Positions 15,300-23,161 of a stretch of 32,000 bases of DNA are shown in pieces. Numbering within the stretch: position 1 is the first letter of the stretch; each line of letters starts with the position of its first letter. A program made the position numbers and the translations under genes. A model generated the notes under the pieces. That model was not told where the DNA came from and did not search any database. It saw only the letters and a program-made list of their open reading frames with translations. This DNA is from Gemmata obscuriglobus (GTDB lineage Bacteria > Planctomycetota > Planctomycetia > Gemmatales > Gemmataceae): assembly GCF_008065095.1 (NCBI RefSeq), contig NZ_CP042911.1, positions 8,400,001 to 8,432,000 on the forward strand. Reading direction: 5' to 3'.

Positions 15300-16436
15300 T
15301 CAGAACCGAATCCGTAACGTGCCCGCGAGAAATGCTCCCGGTTCGACATCGACCCGGTCGTGCATATCGGACCCCTGGTTCCGCCCCTCACCGAAGCGAC
15401 GACCGAACGCGTAACCGGCGTTGAAGTCGAGCGTGGCGCGCTCCAACACGCCCCAGCGAAGGCCCGCCAGCACCCGCTGTTCGGCCGCGAAGAACCGGTC
15501 CTTCTTGTCCGCCCGGTCGGCCAGGAAGTACGACTCGGTGACGTTCTCGTACCCCGCGTAGAAGTTCAGCCGCTCGGTCGCGCGGTAGGTGACCCGGGCG
15601 TTGATGTTCGTCAGCGGCACGTAGGTCACGTTGAGGGTCCAGTCTTCCGCGGGCCGCCACGTGAGCGAGAGCGGCAGCCCGATGTTCATCTGGAACTGCT
15701 CCGAGGGGTTCCAGGAGTACGAGATCAGCGGGAGCGGGAAGTTCAGGTTCCCGGCCGAGGAGTACGCGAGGCCGAACATCCAGGCGTCCCGGCTGTTACG
15801 GGCCGGCACCCGCAGCAGCGCGGTGAGCGAGACGTTCAGCTCGTCGAAACTGTTGAACGGCTTGTCACTCGGCGAGCCGAAGTCGGCCCTTAGAATGCCG
15901 ACCCAGCCGTTCTCGAACACGTGGTTGTAGCTCGCCCCCACGTTCACGTTCCACAGGTCGCGCGGGAAGGGCCGGCGGGTGTCCGGCAACAGGGCGTCGG
16001 TGTCGAAATGCGTCTCGCGGACGCCCAGCGTGAGGGACAGGCTGTCCGCGCCGTCCTTCCACACGGGTGCGCTGACAGACAGGTTTTGTCGGACCGCCCC
16101 GAAGTCGGTGTTCTGTCCCTTCACCGGGCGCGACGGGTACCAGCTCGCCGCGTACCAGGCGCCGCTGGCCCGCCCCGCTCCACCGAACCCACCCGCTCCC
16201 CCGAACCCGTCGCCGCTCATCATGTCCGGGCGGGGCGGGCGCCGGGGCGGAACGTCAGCGGCGGGCGGGGCTTCCGGGCTCGGGTCGGTCGTGGGATCGG
16301 GCGCCGGTTGGGGAGCGCCGAGCCGCGTGCGCGCGTCCGCGCGAGTCGCGGGCGGCTCGTCTTGGGCCAGAGCCGTTCCGAAGCTCAGGCCGATCGCAAC
16401 CGGTACCACCAGAAGTAACACCCGCCGGATCGACAT
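15300..16436 (-). CDS. Putative outer-membrane beta-barrel protein (378 aa)
   Basis: The signal peptide is MSIRRVLLLVVPVAIGLSFGTALAQ, with GGAGG 9 nt upstream of the ATG at 16434-16436. A Pro-rich linker follows, then alternating amphipathic strands. The C-terminus ends ...GTLRIRF (terminal Phe). Confidence 0.7.
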   Translation of the reverse strand: MSIRRVLLLVVPVAIGLSFGTALAQDEPPATRADARTRLGAPQPAPDPTTDPSPEAPPAADVPPRRPPRPDMMSGDGFGGAGGFGGAGRASGAWYAASWYPSRPVKGQNTDFGAVRQNLSVSAPVWKDGADSLSLTLGVRETHFDTDALLPDTRRPFPRDLWNVNVGASYNHVFENGWVGILRADFGSPSDKPFNSFDELNVSLTALLRVPARNSRDAWMFGLAYSSAGNLNFPLPLISYSWNPSEQFQMNIGLPLSLTWRPAEDWTLNVTYVPLTNINARVTYRATERLNFYAGYENVTESYFLADRADKKDRFFAAEQRVLAGLRWGVLERATLDFNAGYAFGRRFGEGRNQGSDMHDRVDVEPGAFLAGTLRIRF

Positions 16437-16684
16437 CTTCGACGGCCTCCTTGTTCGAGCGACTCGCGTGCGGGCCTATAGCCTCGCGCCCGGCGTCTGC
16501 ACAGAGCCAGTCAGGGACGGCGTACCAAAACCGCCGCGCCGGGCGACAATTTTTTGCCCGAGCACGCTCCGGCCGCCGGGAGGCGGTGTTGGGCTGGACA
16601 ACGTCGGCCCCGCCGGGTTACTCCTTCGGTCCGGAAAACCGCGGCCGCATCCGACCCGAGCGGGTATCCACCTGAGGCTCTGGC

Positions 16685-17332
16685 GTGGGCAATCTGACGG
16701 CGGAGATGAAATTCGGTTACGCGGGCAGCGGCTCGGTTCAAACCGACCAGGCGATTCGGGACGCGCGGGCCGGCGACCGGGAGGCCCTCGGCGGACTGTT
16801 CGACCGGTACGTCAACTATCTCACGCTCCTCGCCCGGGTGCAGATCGGGCGCCGGCTTCAGGGCAAGTTGGACCCGGCCGACGCGGTCCAGGAGGCGTTC
16901 CTTCAGGCGCACCGCCACTTCTCGAACTTCCGCGGCTCGACTGAGGCGGAACTCGCCGCGTGGCTCCGCCGCATCCTCGCGTGCGTCTTGTCCAACACCG
17001 TCCAGCACTATTTGGGCACCCAGGCGCGCGACCCGCGACTGGAACAGGTGATCGCTGCCGACGTGGACCGGTCCTCCGCCGCGCTGGTCGGGCGCCTCGC
17101 CGCCCCGGGGCCGAGCCCGAGCGAGGCGGCCTGCCGGCACGAGCGGGCGGTGCTGGTCGCCGACGCCCTGGCGCGGCTCCCAGATGACTACCGGGAGGTG
17201 GTGCTCCTGCGGTTCGCGGAAGGCCTCGCGTTCGCGGAGGTGGCCGCCCGCATGGGTCGGTCGGTGGACAGCGTCGAAAAGCTCTGGGTCCGCGGGGTCG
17301 TTCGGCTCCGGCAGTTAATTGGGGGGCCGTGA
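16685..17332 (+). CDS. RNA polymerase ECF-type sigma-70 factor, kinase-associated (215 aa)
   Basis: Region 2 is DPADAVQEAFLQAHRHFSNFRG. Region 4 is LARLPDDYREVVLLRFAEGLAFAEVAARMGRSVDSVEKLWVRGVVRLRQL. The stop overlaps the start of the kinase gene (GTGATG at 17329-17334). The start is either the GTG at 16685 or the ATG at 16706. Confidence 0.85.
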   Translation: MGNLTAEMKFGYAGSGSVQTDQAIRDARAGDREALGGLFDRYVNYLTLLARVQIGRRLQGKLDPADAVQEAFLQAHRHFSNFRGSTEAELAAWLRRILACVLSNTVQHYLGTQARDPRLEQVIAADVDRSSAALVGRLAAPGPSPSEAACRHERAVLVADALARLPDDYREVVLLRFAEGLAFAEVAARMGRSVDSVEKLWVRGVVRLRQLIGGP

Positions 17333-17862
17333 TGGGAACGCGCGCCGCGGGGCCGGAGTGCGAGCCGGCGGACGACCCGCGCGTCGTGGAACTGGTCAAG
17401 GAGTACGAGGCCGCGTGGGAGCGGGGGCGGCCCGACCGCAGCCGGTTCCTCGCACGCCACCCGCACCTCGCCTCCGTGGTCGCCCTCGGCCTTGATGGGA
17501 TCGACATTCTCTACCAAGAAGTTGGGGTTCTCACCCGCGCGGACCGGCCCGTGGTGTGGGCGGAAAGCGGCCTGATCGGCGCCCGAGTTGGTGAATTCCA
17601 GGTGGTCCGCGAGATCGCGCGCGGGGGAATGGGCGTCGTGTACGAGGCCCTTCAACCCGCCCTCAACCGTCGGGTGGCGCTCAAGATACTCCCCCGCTCA
17701 CTGGCGACCGACCGGGACCGGTTGCGGCGGTTCGAGGTGGAGGCCCGCGCGGCCGCGGCGGTCGCGCACCCGCACATCGTTCCGGTGTACGCGGTCGGCG
17801 AGGACCGCGGAGTCAATTACTACGCGATGCAGTTCGTCGACGGGGCTTCCTTGATGTCCTGA
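17329..17862 (+). CDS. Ser/Thr protein kinase, N-terminal fragment (N-terminal helical region plus kinase N-lobe); frame broken near 17850
   Basis: The glycine loop (IARGGMGVVYEA), VALKIL, the E of helix C (RFEVEARAAA) and the hinge (YYAMQFVDGAS) are present, followed by a premature TGA at 17860-17862. Confidence 0.85.
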   Translation: MMGTRAAGPECEPADDPRVVELVKEYEAAWERGRPDRSRFLARHPHLASVVALGLDGIDILYQEVGVLTRADRPVVWAESGLIGARVGEFQVVREIARGGMGVVYEALQPALNRRVALKILPRSLATDRDRLRRFEVEARAAAAVAHPHIVPVYAVGEDRGVNYYAMQFVDGASLMS

Positions 17863-18002
17863 TCGAAGCGTACCAGCCCCCTGCGGGCGGTGAACCACAC
17901 GCGCCCCGCCTCAGCGCGCCTGAACGGGGCGGCGAGTCGGTCCTGTCCCCGGAGGAACTTGTCGACCTCCGCCGCCGGAACCGCCCGGCGTTTCACCAGA
18001 CG

Positions 18003-19430
18003 GTGGCCCGGATCGGGGGGCTCGTCGCTCGCGCCCTGGACCACGCGCACCAGAACGGGGTCGTCCACCGCGACATCAAACCGGCGAACTTGTTACTCGG
18101 TCGGGACGGCCACATCTGGGTGACCGACTTCGGGCTCGCACAGTTCACCGACGCGGCGACCGTCACCGGAACCGGAACGGCCATCGGGACATTGCGGTAC
18201 ATGAGCCCGGAGCAAGCTGAAGGCGACCGCCGCCGGCTCGACCACCGGGCCGACGTGTACTCCCTCGCCGCGACCCTGTACGAGCTGTCCACCGGCCGCC
18301 CCGCGTTCCCGGCCGAGACGCCCGCCGCGCTGCTGTTGCAGATCGCGCGGGGCGCCCCGCCCGCCCCCCGGTCCGTCGACCCGACGGTGCCCCGCGATCT
18401 GGAAGCGGTGCTGCTCAAGGGGCTGGAGACGGACCCGCGCGACCGGTACGCAACGGCCGCCGAGTTCGCCGACGACCTGGACCGGTTCCTGAACCGGCGC
18501 CCGATCGCGGCCCGGCGCCCGTGCGCCGGGGACCGGGCGCGGAAATGGGCGGGCCGGCACCCGGCGGTCGTCGCCGGCGCGGCCATCGCCCTCGTGCTCT
18601 TGACCGCGGGGTCGGGCGCCATCGCCGCACTCAACCAGCGCGCGTACCGGGCCGAGCGGGACCGGGCGGACGAAGCCGAGCGGCGGTTCTACCAGTCGAA
18701 ACAGCTCGGCGACCTGATGATCCAGATCAGCGAGGAAGAGGGGCGGTCGAACGTCTCGTTCCACGGACCCCGCCGGCGCCTCCTGCTGGCCGCCCTGGAG
18801 AACTACCGGCAACTGAACGAAGCCGGGCACAACGACCCCCAGGTCCGTGCCGAACTGGACCGCGCGACGGCCCGGGTCGAGGAGCTTTTGGCTGAGGAAA
18901 AGGCGGCCCGGGAGTCGTGGCGGGTGGGGCTGCTGTGGTTTCAACCGGTGCGGGCGGAGCTGCGGTTGTCCCCGGATCAAGAGGAACAGGTTCGGCAGTC
19001 GTTCCGGGTCCGCGGCCTGGAGCCGGGAACCGCAACCGCCGGCCTGGGAACGATACGCGATGACCTCAACTTGCGGGGCAAGATCGCCCGCCTGCTGAGC
19101 GACCCGACCGCCCGGAACGAACTGCTCCGCCCGCTGACCGGGCCGCAGCGGAAGCGGCTCGGCGAACTGTTCCTCCGGTGCCTCGGGCCGATGGCCTTTG
19201 GCGATCCGGAGATCGTCGAAGCGCTGGGCCTCACCCCCCACCAGCGGCAGCAGATCCGGTTGCTCCAGCCGCCCGTGGCGTTGCGGCTCGGCCCGCCGTT
19301 CGCCGTCCTCCTGGACGACCGCCGGCCGGGCGGCATCGACCCGGCCTCGGACCCGGTGACGTTACTCACTTCGGAACAGCGCGCCATCTGGAAGGCGCTG
19401 ATCGGTCGCCCGTTTGAGATGCCCTGGTGA
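18003..19430 (+). CDS. Ser/Thr protein kinase, C-terminal fragment (kinase C-lobe, TM, extracytoplasmic LTxxQ-repeat domain)
   Basis: HRDIKPANLLL, VTDFGLA and GTLRYMSPEQ are present, along with the TM HPAVVAGAAIALVLLTAGSGAIAAL. This frame is open from 17595. From about 17850 it reads LDVLIEAYQ..., continuing the kinase fold. 18003 is only the first in-frame start codon. Confidence 0.85.
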   Translation: MARIGGLVARALDHAHQNGVVHRDIKPANLLLGRDGHIWVTDFGLAQFTDAATVTGTGTAIGTLRYMSPEQAEGDRRRLDHRADVYSLAATLYELSTGRPAFPAETPAALLLQIARGAPPAPRSVDPTVPRDLEAVLLKGLETDPRDRYATAAEFADDLDRFLNRRPIAARRPCAGDRARKWAGRHPAVVAGAAIALVLLTAGSGAIAALNQRAYRAERDRADEAERRFYQSKQLGDLMIQISEEEGRSNVSFHGPRRRLLLAALENYRQLNEAGHNDPQVRAELDRATARVEELLAEEKAARESWRVGLLWFQPVRAELRLSPDQEEQVRQSFRVRGLEPGTATAGLGTIRDDLNLRGKIARLLSDPTARNELLRPLTGPQRKRLGELFLRCLGPMAFGDPEIVEALGLTPHQRQQIRLLQPPVALRLGPPFAVLLDDRRPGGIDPASDPVTLLTSEQRAIWKALIGRPFEMPW

Positions 19431-19522
19431 GGCCCGGCCCACGTTTTCACGGCGTAAGAATCGGTAACGAAAGGGGCGGACGGTCACGGCTTCGTTTCGA
19501 CCCACGCGGGCCTCGTGTTCAC

Positions 19523-19606
19523 GAAGACCAATTTTGACAGGATGAACAGGATTGACGGATGAAGACATGTGGATTGAACATCCTGTCGATCCGGTCAAAA
19601 TCTTCT
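19523..19606. repeat. Imperfect palindromic element built from direct and inverted CAGGAT-type 9-mers, between convergent kinase and argA genes
   Basis: GACAGGATG (19536-19544), AACAGGATT (19545-19553) and GACGGATG (19554-19561) run forward. CATCCTGTC (19579-19587) and GATCCGGTC (19588-19596) are inverted. The flanks ATTTTGAC (19531-19538) and GTCAAAAT (19594-19601) are complementary. The element is clearly GC-poorer than its surroundings. Confidence 0.55.
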
Positions 19607-19722
19607 TGACCCCGCTACCGAACTTTGGTGCCCTGTGGCCTTACGCTCGGACCGGCAGCGCCCCCCAAGCGCAACTCATCGCGCCCGGCGTTCTTCGCTG
19701 AGCCCGAAACGCCAGCGCGGCG

Positions 19723-21060
19723 TTACGCGGGCCGGTCGCTCAGTTGCTTGATCAGCACCTGCGACTTGCGGCGGCTCTGTTCGTACCGCTCGCGCCGCGC
19801 CGGCGGGAGGTCGTCGGGCGTGCCCAGCGCGTACCCGCCCTTCTGAACGAAGTAGTTGATGGCCTGGGTCGAGAGGCAGAACAGCTTCGCGATGCCGCGC
19901 CGCCGCGCCGCCCCCTCGGTGAACTGAATCAGCTTCGCCCCGATCCCCTGGTTCCCGTAGCGATCCGCAACGAACACGCTCGCCAGTTCGGCCATGTTCT
20001 CCTCCGGGTACGTGTGCAGCGCGGCGCACGCGACCGGGTTGCGGTCCACCTCGAACACGAAGTAGTCGCCGATGATCTTCTCCAGCTCGGCCCGCGACCG
20101 CTTCAGCAGCTCGTCGTTCTGAACGCCCTGCTGGATCAGGCCGAACACCGCCCGCACGTCCTTCTTCTGCGCCTGCCGGATCGCCTGGTACTCGTTGGCG
20201 TGGATCAGCGTGCCGATGCCCTCGTTCGAGAACACCTCGCCGAGCAGCCCCTCCTGCTCGCGGCCGTCGATGATGTGGACCCGCTCCACGCCCTCCTTGC
20301 ACGCGCGCACCGCGGCCGTCAGCTTCGTGACCGCCCCCGGGGGCAACTCGGCCCGGCTCTTCTTCAGGACCGCGTCGGCCTCTTGCGCGGTCATCTGCCG
20401 GATCACCGCGCCCCGGGCGTCCCGGACCCCGCCCTCGGTGTTGAGGTACACGAGCTTCACGGCCTTGAGCGACTTCGCCAGCTCCACCGCGACGGCGTCC
20501 GAGTTGAGCCGGTACGACGCGCCGGCGCCGTCGATGCCGATGGGCGGGATCACGGGCACGATGTCGCGCTCGAGGAGCAGTTCGAGGAGCCCGGTGTCGA
20601 CCCGCTCGACGCGCCCCGTGAACAGGTGGTCGACGCCGCCCAGGATGCCCGCCGGGTGCGCGACCAGCGCGTTCGGACACACGGCCCGGAGGTCGTTGGC
20701 GGTCAGCCCCTCCAGGATCTCGTGGGTGACGCGGTTGGCCGCGGTGATGGCGACGTTGAGCGTCTCGCGGTCGGTGATCCCGGTGCCGTCGATGTCCGAC
20801 GGCGTCATCTTGATCAGCTCCCCGTAGCGCTTGATCTGAAGGGCCGCGCCGTGCACCAGCACCACCCGGATGCTCAGGCTCCGCAGCAGCGCGATGTCGA
20901 GCAGCAGGTTCGGGAAGTTGTCGTCCTCGACCACGGCGCCGTCGAGGGCGATCACGAACACCCGGTCGCGGAACCGGGGGACGTAGCGCAGGATCTCGCG
21001 GAAGTGCGTCAGGCGTTCGTGCATTGGGGGGAGTTGTTCCTGTCGGTTTGTGGTACTCAA
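19723..21060 (-). CDS. argA: Amino-acid N-acetyltransferase (N-acetylglutamate synthase; acetylglutamate-kinase-like domain plus GNAT domain)
   Basis: The N-terminal region is an amino-acid-kinase fold (RDRVFVIALDGAVV..., RVVLVHGAA, VPVIPPIGIDGAGASYRLNSDAVA). The C-terminal region is GNAT (VFVADRYGNQGIGAKLIQFTEGAARRRG). The start is ambiguous: TTG at 21060 or ATG at 21024 (MHERLTHF...). Confidence 0.9.
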   Translation of the reverse strand: MSTTNRQEQLPPMHERLTHFREILRYVPRFRDRVFVIALDGAVVEDDNFPNLLLDIALLRSLSIRVVLVHGAALQIKRYGELIKMTPSDIDGTGITDRETLNVAITAANRVTHEILEGLTANDLRAVCPNALVAHPAGILGGVDHLFTGRVERVDTGLLELLLERDIVPVIPPIGIDGAGASYRLNSDAVAVELAKSLKAVKLVYLNTEGGVRDARGAVIRQMTAQEADAVLKKSRAELPPGAVTKLTAAVRACKEGVERVHIIDGREQEGLLGEVFSNEGIGTLIHANEYQAIRQAQKKDVRAVFGLIQQGVQNDELLKRSRAELEKIIGDYFVFEVDRNPVACAALHTYPEENMAELASVFVADRYGNQGIGAKLIQFTEGAARRRGIAKLFCLSTQAINYFVQKGGYALGTPDDLPPARRERYEQSRRKSQVLIKQLSDRPA

Positions 21061-21116
21061 CGGTTCGCCGGTCGGTCGGTCGGTTTTGCCGATGCCCCGC
21101 GATTGGAACGCCGATC

Positions 21117-21144
21117 AGGACAGCACCGGGTGAACATCTAGAAT
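21117..21144 (+). promoter_or_regulatory. Candidate sigma-70-type promoter for trxB
   Basis: AGGACA (21117-21122), a 16-nt spacer and TAGAAT (21139-21144) sit in the argA/trxB divergent region, about 85 nt upstream of the trxB ATG. This is a motif match only. Confidence 0.3.
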
Positions 21145-21228
21145 AGCACGACCGCCGGCGGCGACGACACCCGTTTGCCGCGCCGACCGAGAACCCGTAG
21201 CTGCGTACCGACCACTCCCGAGAACGCC

Positions 21229-22299
21229 ATGCCCGAAAACGTGATCATCATCGGCTCCGGCCCCGCCGCGTGGACCGCGGCCATCTACGCGGCCCGGGCC
21301 ACACTGAACCCGCTCGTGTTCGAGGGCAACCCGAACGACGACAAGAACCGGCAGAACGGCACCCTCCCGCTCGGACAGCTCGCGCTCACCACCGAGGTCG
21401 AGAACTTCCCGTCGTGGCCCGCGGGGGACACCCGGCAGTACCTCAAGACCGCGCTGAAGGCCGACGACCCCGACTTCCCGTACTGGGTGTCGGACGACAA
21501 GCCGCAGCCCACGCACGGGATCAACGGGCCGGAACTGGTCGCGCTCATGCGCCAGCAGGCCAAGAACTTCAGCACCCGGGTCGAGTCGAAGGACGTCGTG
21601 AAGGTGGACCTGAAGAGCCGCCCGTTCACGCTCACCACCCACGACGGCAAGACGTACCAGACGCACACGCTCATCATCGCCACCGGCGCGCGTGCCAACT
21701 ACCTGGGGCTCCCGAGCGAGGACAAGTTCAAGAACAAGGGCGTGTCCGCGTGCGCCGTGTGCGACGGCTTCCTGCCGCGGTTCAAGAACCAGCCGATCGT
21801 GGTGGTGGGCGGCGGCGACACGGCCGTCGAAGAGGCCGGGTACCTCACAAAGTTCGGCAGCAAGGTCTACCTGCTGGTGCGCCGCGACGTGCTCCGCGCC
21901 AGCAAGATCATGGCCGAGCGCGCCGAGCAGAACCCGAAGATCGAGATCCGCTGGAACACCGAGGTCGACGAGGTGCTCGGCGACGACAAGAAGGGTGTCA
22001 CCGCGGTGCGGGTGAAGAACAACAAGACCGGCGCGACGGAGGAACTCGCGGCGAGTGGCCTGTTCTTGGCGATCGGCCACACGCCCAACGTGGGCTTCCT
22101 GGACGGTCAGCTCGAACTGAACCCGGGCGGGTACATCAAGTGGACCACGCTGGCCCGCACGTACACGAGCGTGGAAGGGGTGTTCGCCGCCGGTGACGTG
22201 GCCGACGACTACTACCGCCAGGCCGTCAGCGCGTCCGGCACCGGGTGCATGGCCGCGCTCGACGCCGAGCGCTACCTCGGCCACCACGGGCTGATTTGA
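21229..22299 (+). CDS. trxB: Thioredoxin-disulfide reductase (356 aa, with insertions)
   Basis: The ATG at 21229 gives [24 protein letters not shown] (FAD GxGxxA). The redox centre is CAVCDG and the NADPH site is [13 protein letters not shown]. The C-terminus is GVFAAGDV...[22 protein letters not shown]. The upstream extension of track ORF 21175.. is probably non-coding. Confidence 0.95.
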   Translation: MPENVIIIGSGPAAWTAAIYAARATLNPLVFEGNPNDDKNRQNGTLPLGQLALTTEVENFPSWPAGDTRQYLKTALKADDPDFPYWVSDDKPQPTHGINGPELVALMRQQAKNFSTRVESKDVVKVDLKSRPFTLTTHDGKTYQTHTLIIATGARANYLGLPSEDKFKNKGVSACAVCDGFLPRFKNQPIVVVGGGDTAVEEAGYLTKFGSKVYLLVRRDVLRASKIMAERAEQNPKIEIRWNTEVDEVLGDDKKGVTAVRVKNNKTGATEELAASGLFLAIGHTPNVGFLDGQLELNPGGYIKWTTLARTYTSVEGVFAAGDVADDYYRQAVSASGTGCMAALDAERYLGHHGLI

Positions 22300-22313
22300 G
22301 GTCGGTTTTCACG

Positions 22314-22344
22314 CGGCGTTCGGAGCTCTCGGTGCCGAACGCCG
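22314..22344. terminator. 10-bp stem hairpin between convergent trxB and the nucleotidyltransferase gene
   Basis: cggcgttcgg (22314-22323) pairs with ccgaacgccg (22335-22344) across an 11-nt loop. It abuts the stop codon at 22345-22347. There is no clear U-tract. Confidence 0.35.
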
Positions 22345-23073
22345 TCAGAACCGCGGCGGCTCCTTGCGGACCAGTTCGTTCGCGTAGTCGAGGCTGTCGA
22401 GGGTGCCGGCGTCGGTCCAGTAGCCGTCGAGGTTGAAGCACCCCATCCGGCCCTGCTGGATGTAGTGGTTGTTGACGTCCGTGATTTCCAGCTCGCCGCG
22501 CCGGCTCGGCTTGAGCGTTTTGATGAGCCCGAACACGTCCGGCGGGTAGATGTAGATCCCGACCACCGCCATCGGGCTCTTGGGCTTCTCGGGCTTCTCC
22601 TCAATGCCCAGCACCTTGTCCCCGTCCAACTCCGCGACCCCGTACCGCCCCGGATCGTGAACCTCCTTCAGCCCGATCCAGGCCCAGTCCGGGCGGGTGT
22701 TCGCCTTCTCCAGCAGCCCGATGAGCGGGTCGCGGAAGATGTTGTCGCCGAGCAGCACCAGCGACCGGCTACCCATGCAGAAGTGTTCGGCCAGTCCGAG
22801 CGCCTGGGCGATTCCGCCGGCCTCGTCCTGGACGCGGTATGTGAGCCGGCACCCGTGGTCCTTGCCCGAACCGAGCAACTCGACGAAGTCGCCCATGTGC
22901 TCGGTGCCGGACACGAGCAAGATCTCTTGCAGCCCCACCCCGGTGAGCTTCTTGAGCGGGTGGTACACCATTGGCCACGCGCCGACCGGCAGCAGGTGCT
23001 TGTTGGTCACCCGTGTGAGTTCGCCCATGCGGGTGCCCTTGCCGCCCGCCAGAATCACGCCGCGAATGGACAT
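22345..23073 (-). CDS. Sugar-phosphate nucleotidyltransferase, short form (probable glucose-1-phosphate thymidylyltransferase; 242 aa)
   Basis: The N-terminal motif is GVILAGGKGTRMGELTRVTNKHLLPV, and DEAGGIAQALGLA is also present. The ATG at 23071-23073 follows GGAG (rc of 23079-23082). The gene lies immediately downstream of the dTDP-glucose dehydratase gene. Confidence 0.85.
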   Translation of the reverse strand: MSIRGVILAGGKGTRMGELTRVTNKHLLPVGAWPMVYHPLKKLTGVGLQEILLVSGTEHMGDFVELLGSGKDHGCRLTYRVQDEAGGIAQALGLAEHFCMGSRSLVLLGDNIFRDPLIGLLEKANTRPDWAWIGLKEVHDPGRYGVAELDGDKVLGIEEKPEKPKSPMAVVGIYIYPPDVFGLIKTLKPSRRGELEITDVNNHYIQQGRMGCFNLDGYWTDAGTLDSLDYANELVRKEPPRF

Positions 23074-23083
23074 CTTTTCTCCG

Positions 23084-23155
23084 GTCTCAAGTCAGAAGGC
23101 CTCAGGTCGCAGGTCCGCGATCGGCTTTCCGACCTGAGACTTGCCGACGTGAGAC
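23084..23155. repeat. Imperfect palindromic RRGTC-period element (25-nt arms, 22-nt loop) between the dehydratase and nucleotidyltransferase genes
   Basis: Arms 23084-23108 and 23131-23155 pair at 20 WC plus 1 GU of 25 positions. The reverse complement of the right arm (gtctcacgtcggcaagtctcaggtc) matches positions 4-28 of the arm of the element at 31784 in 21 of 25 positions. They share GTCTCAAGTC and AGGTCGCA. Confidence 0.6.
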
Positions 23156-23161
23156 GTGGGA

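Noticed and set aside
17860-17862. The TGA ending the first kinase fragment, considered as a possible selenocysteine or read-through codon
   Set aside because: Reading through in the same frame gives non-kinase sequence (SKRTSPLRAVNHTRPAS...). The kinase continues in a different frame, so a frame change is required, not stop-codon recoding.
21070-21085. (GGTC)3-4 microsatellite just upstream of the argA TTG start
   Set aside because: There are only three perfect units. That is too short to argue for phase variation, and it lies upstream of an ambiguous start.
19744-21141. Long antisense ORFs opposite argA. The same situation applies to trxB (21115..22287), rfbB (23156..24532), ALDH (27129..28490), hom (30000..31745), the kinase (18093..19241) and the MCP (7733..8818, 7926..8801).
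   Set aside because: Each is the mirror of a gene with unambiguous catalytic motifs. All have Arg/Gly/Pro/Ala-dominated translations, as expected from GC-rich antisense frames.
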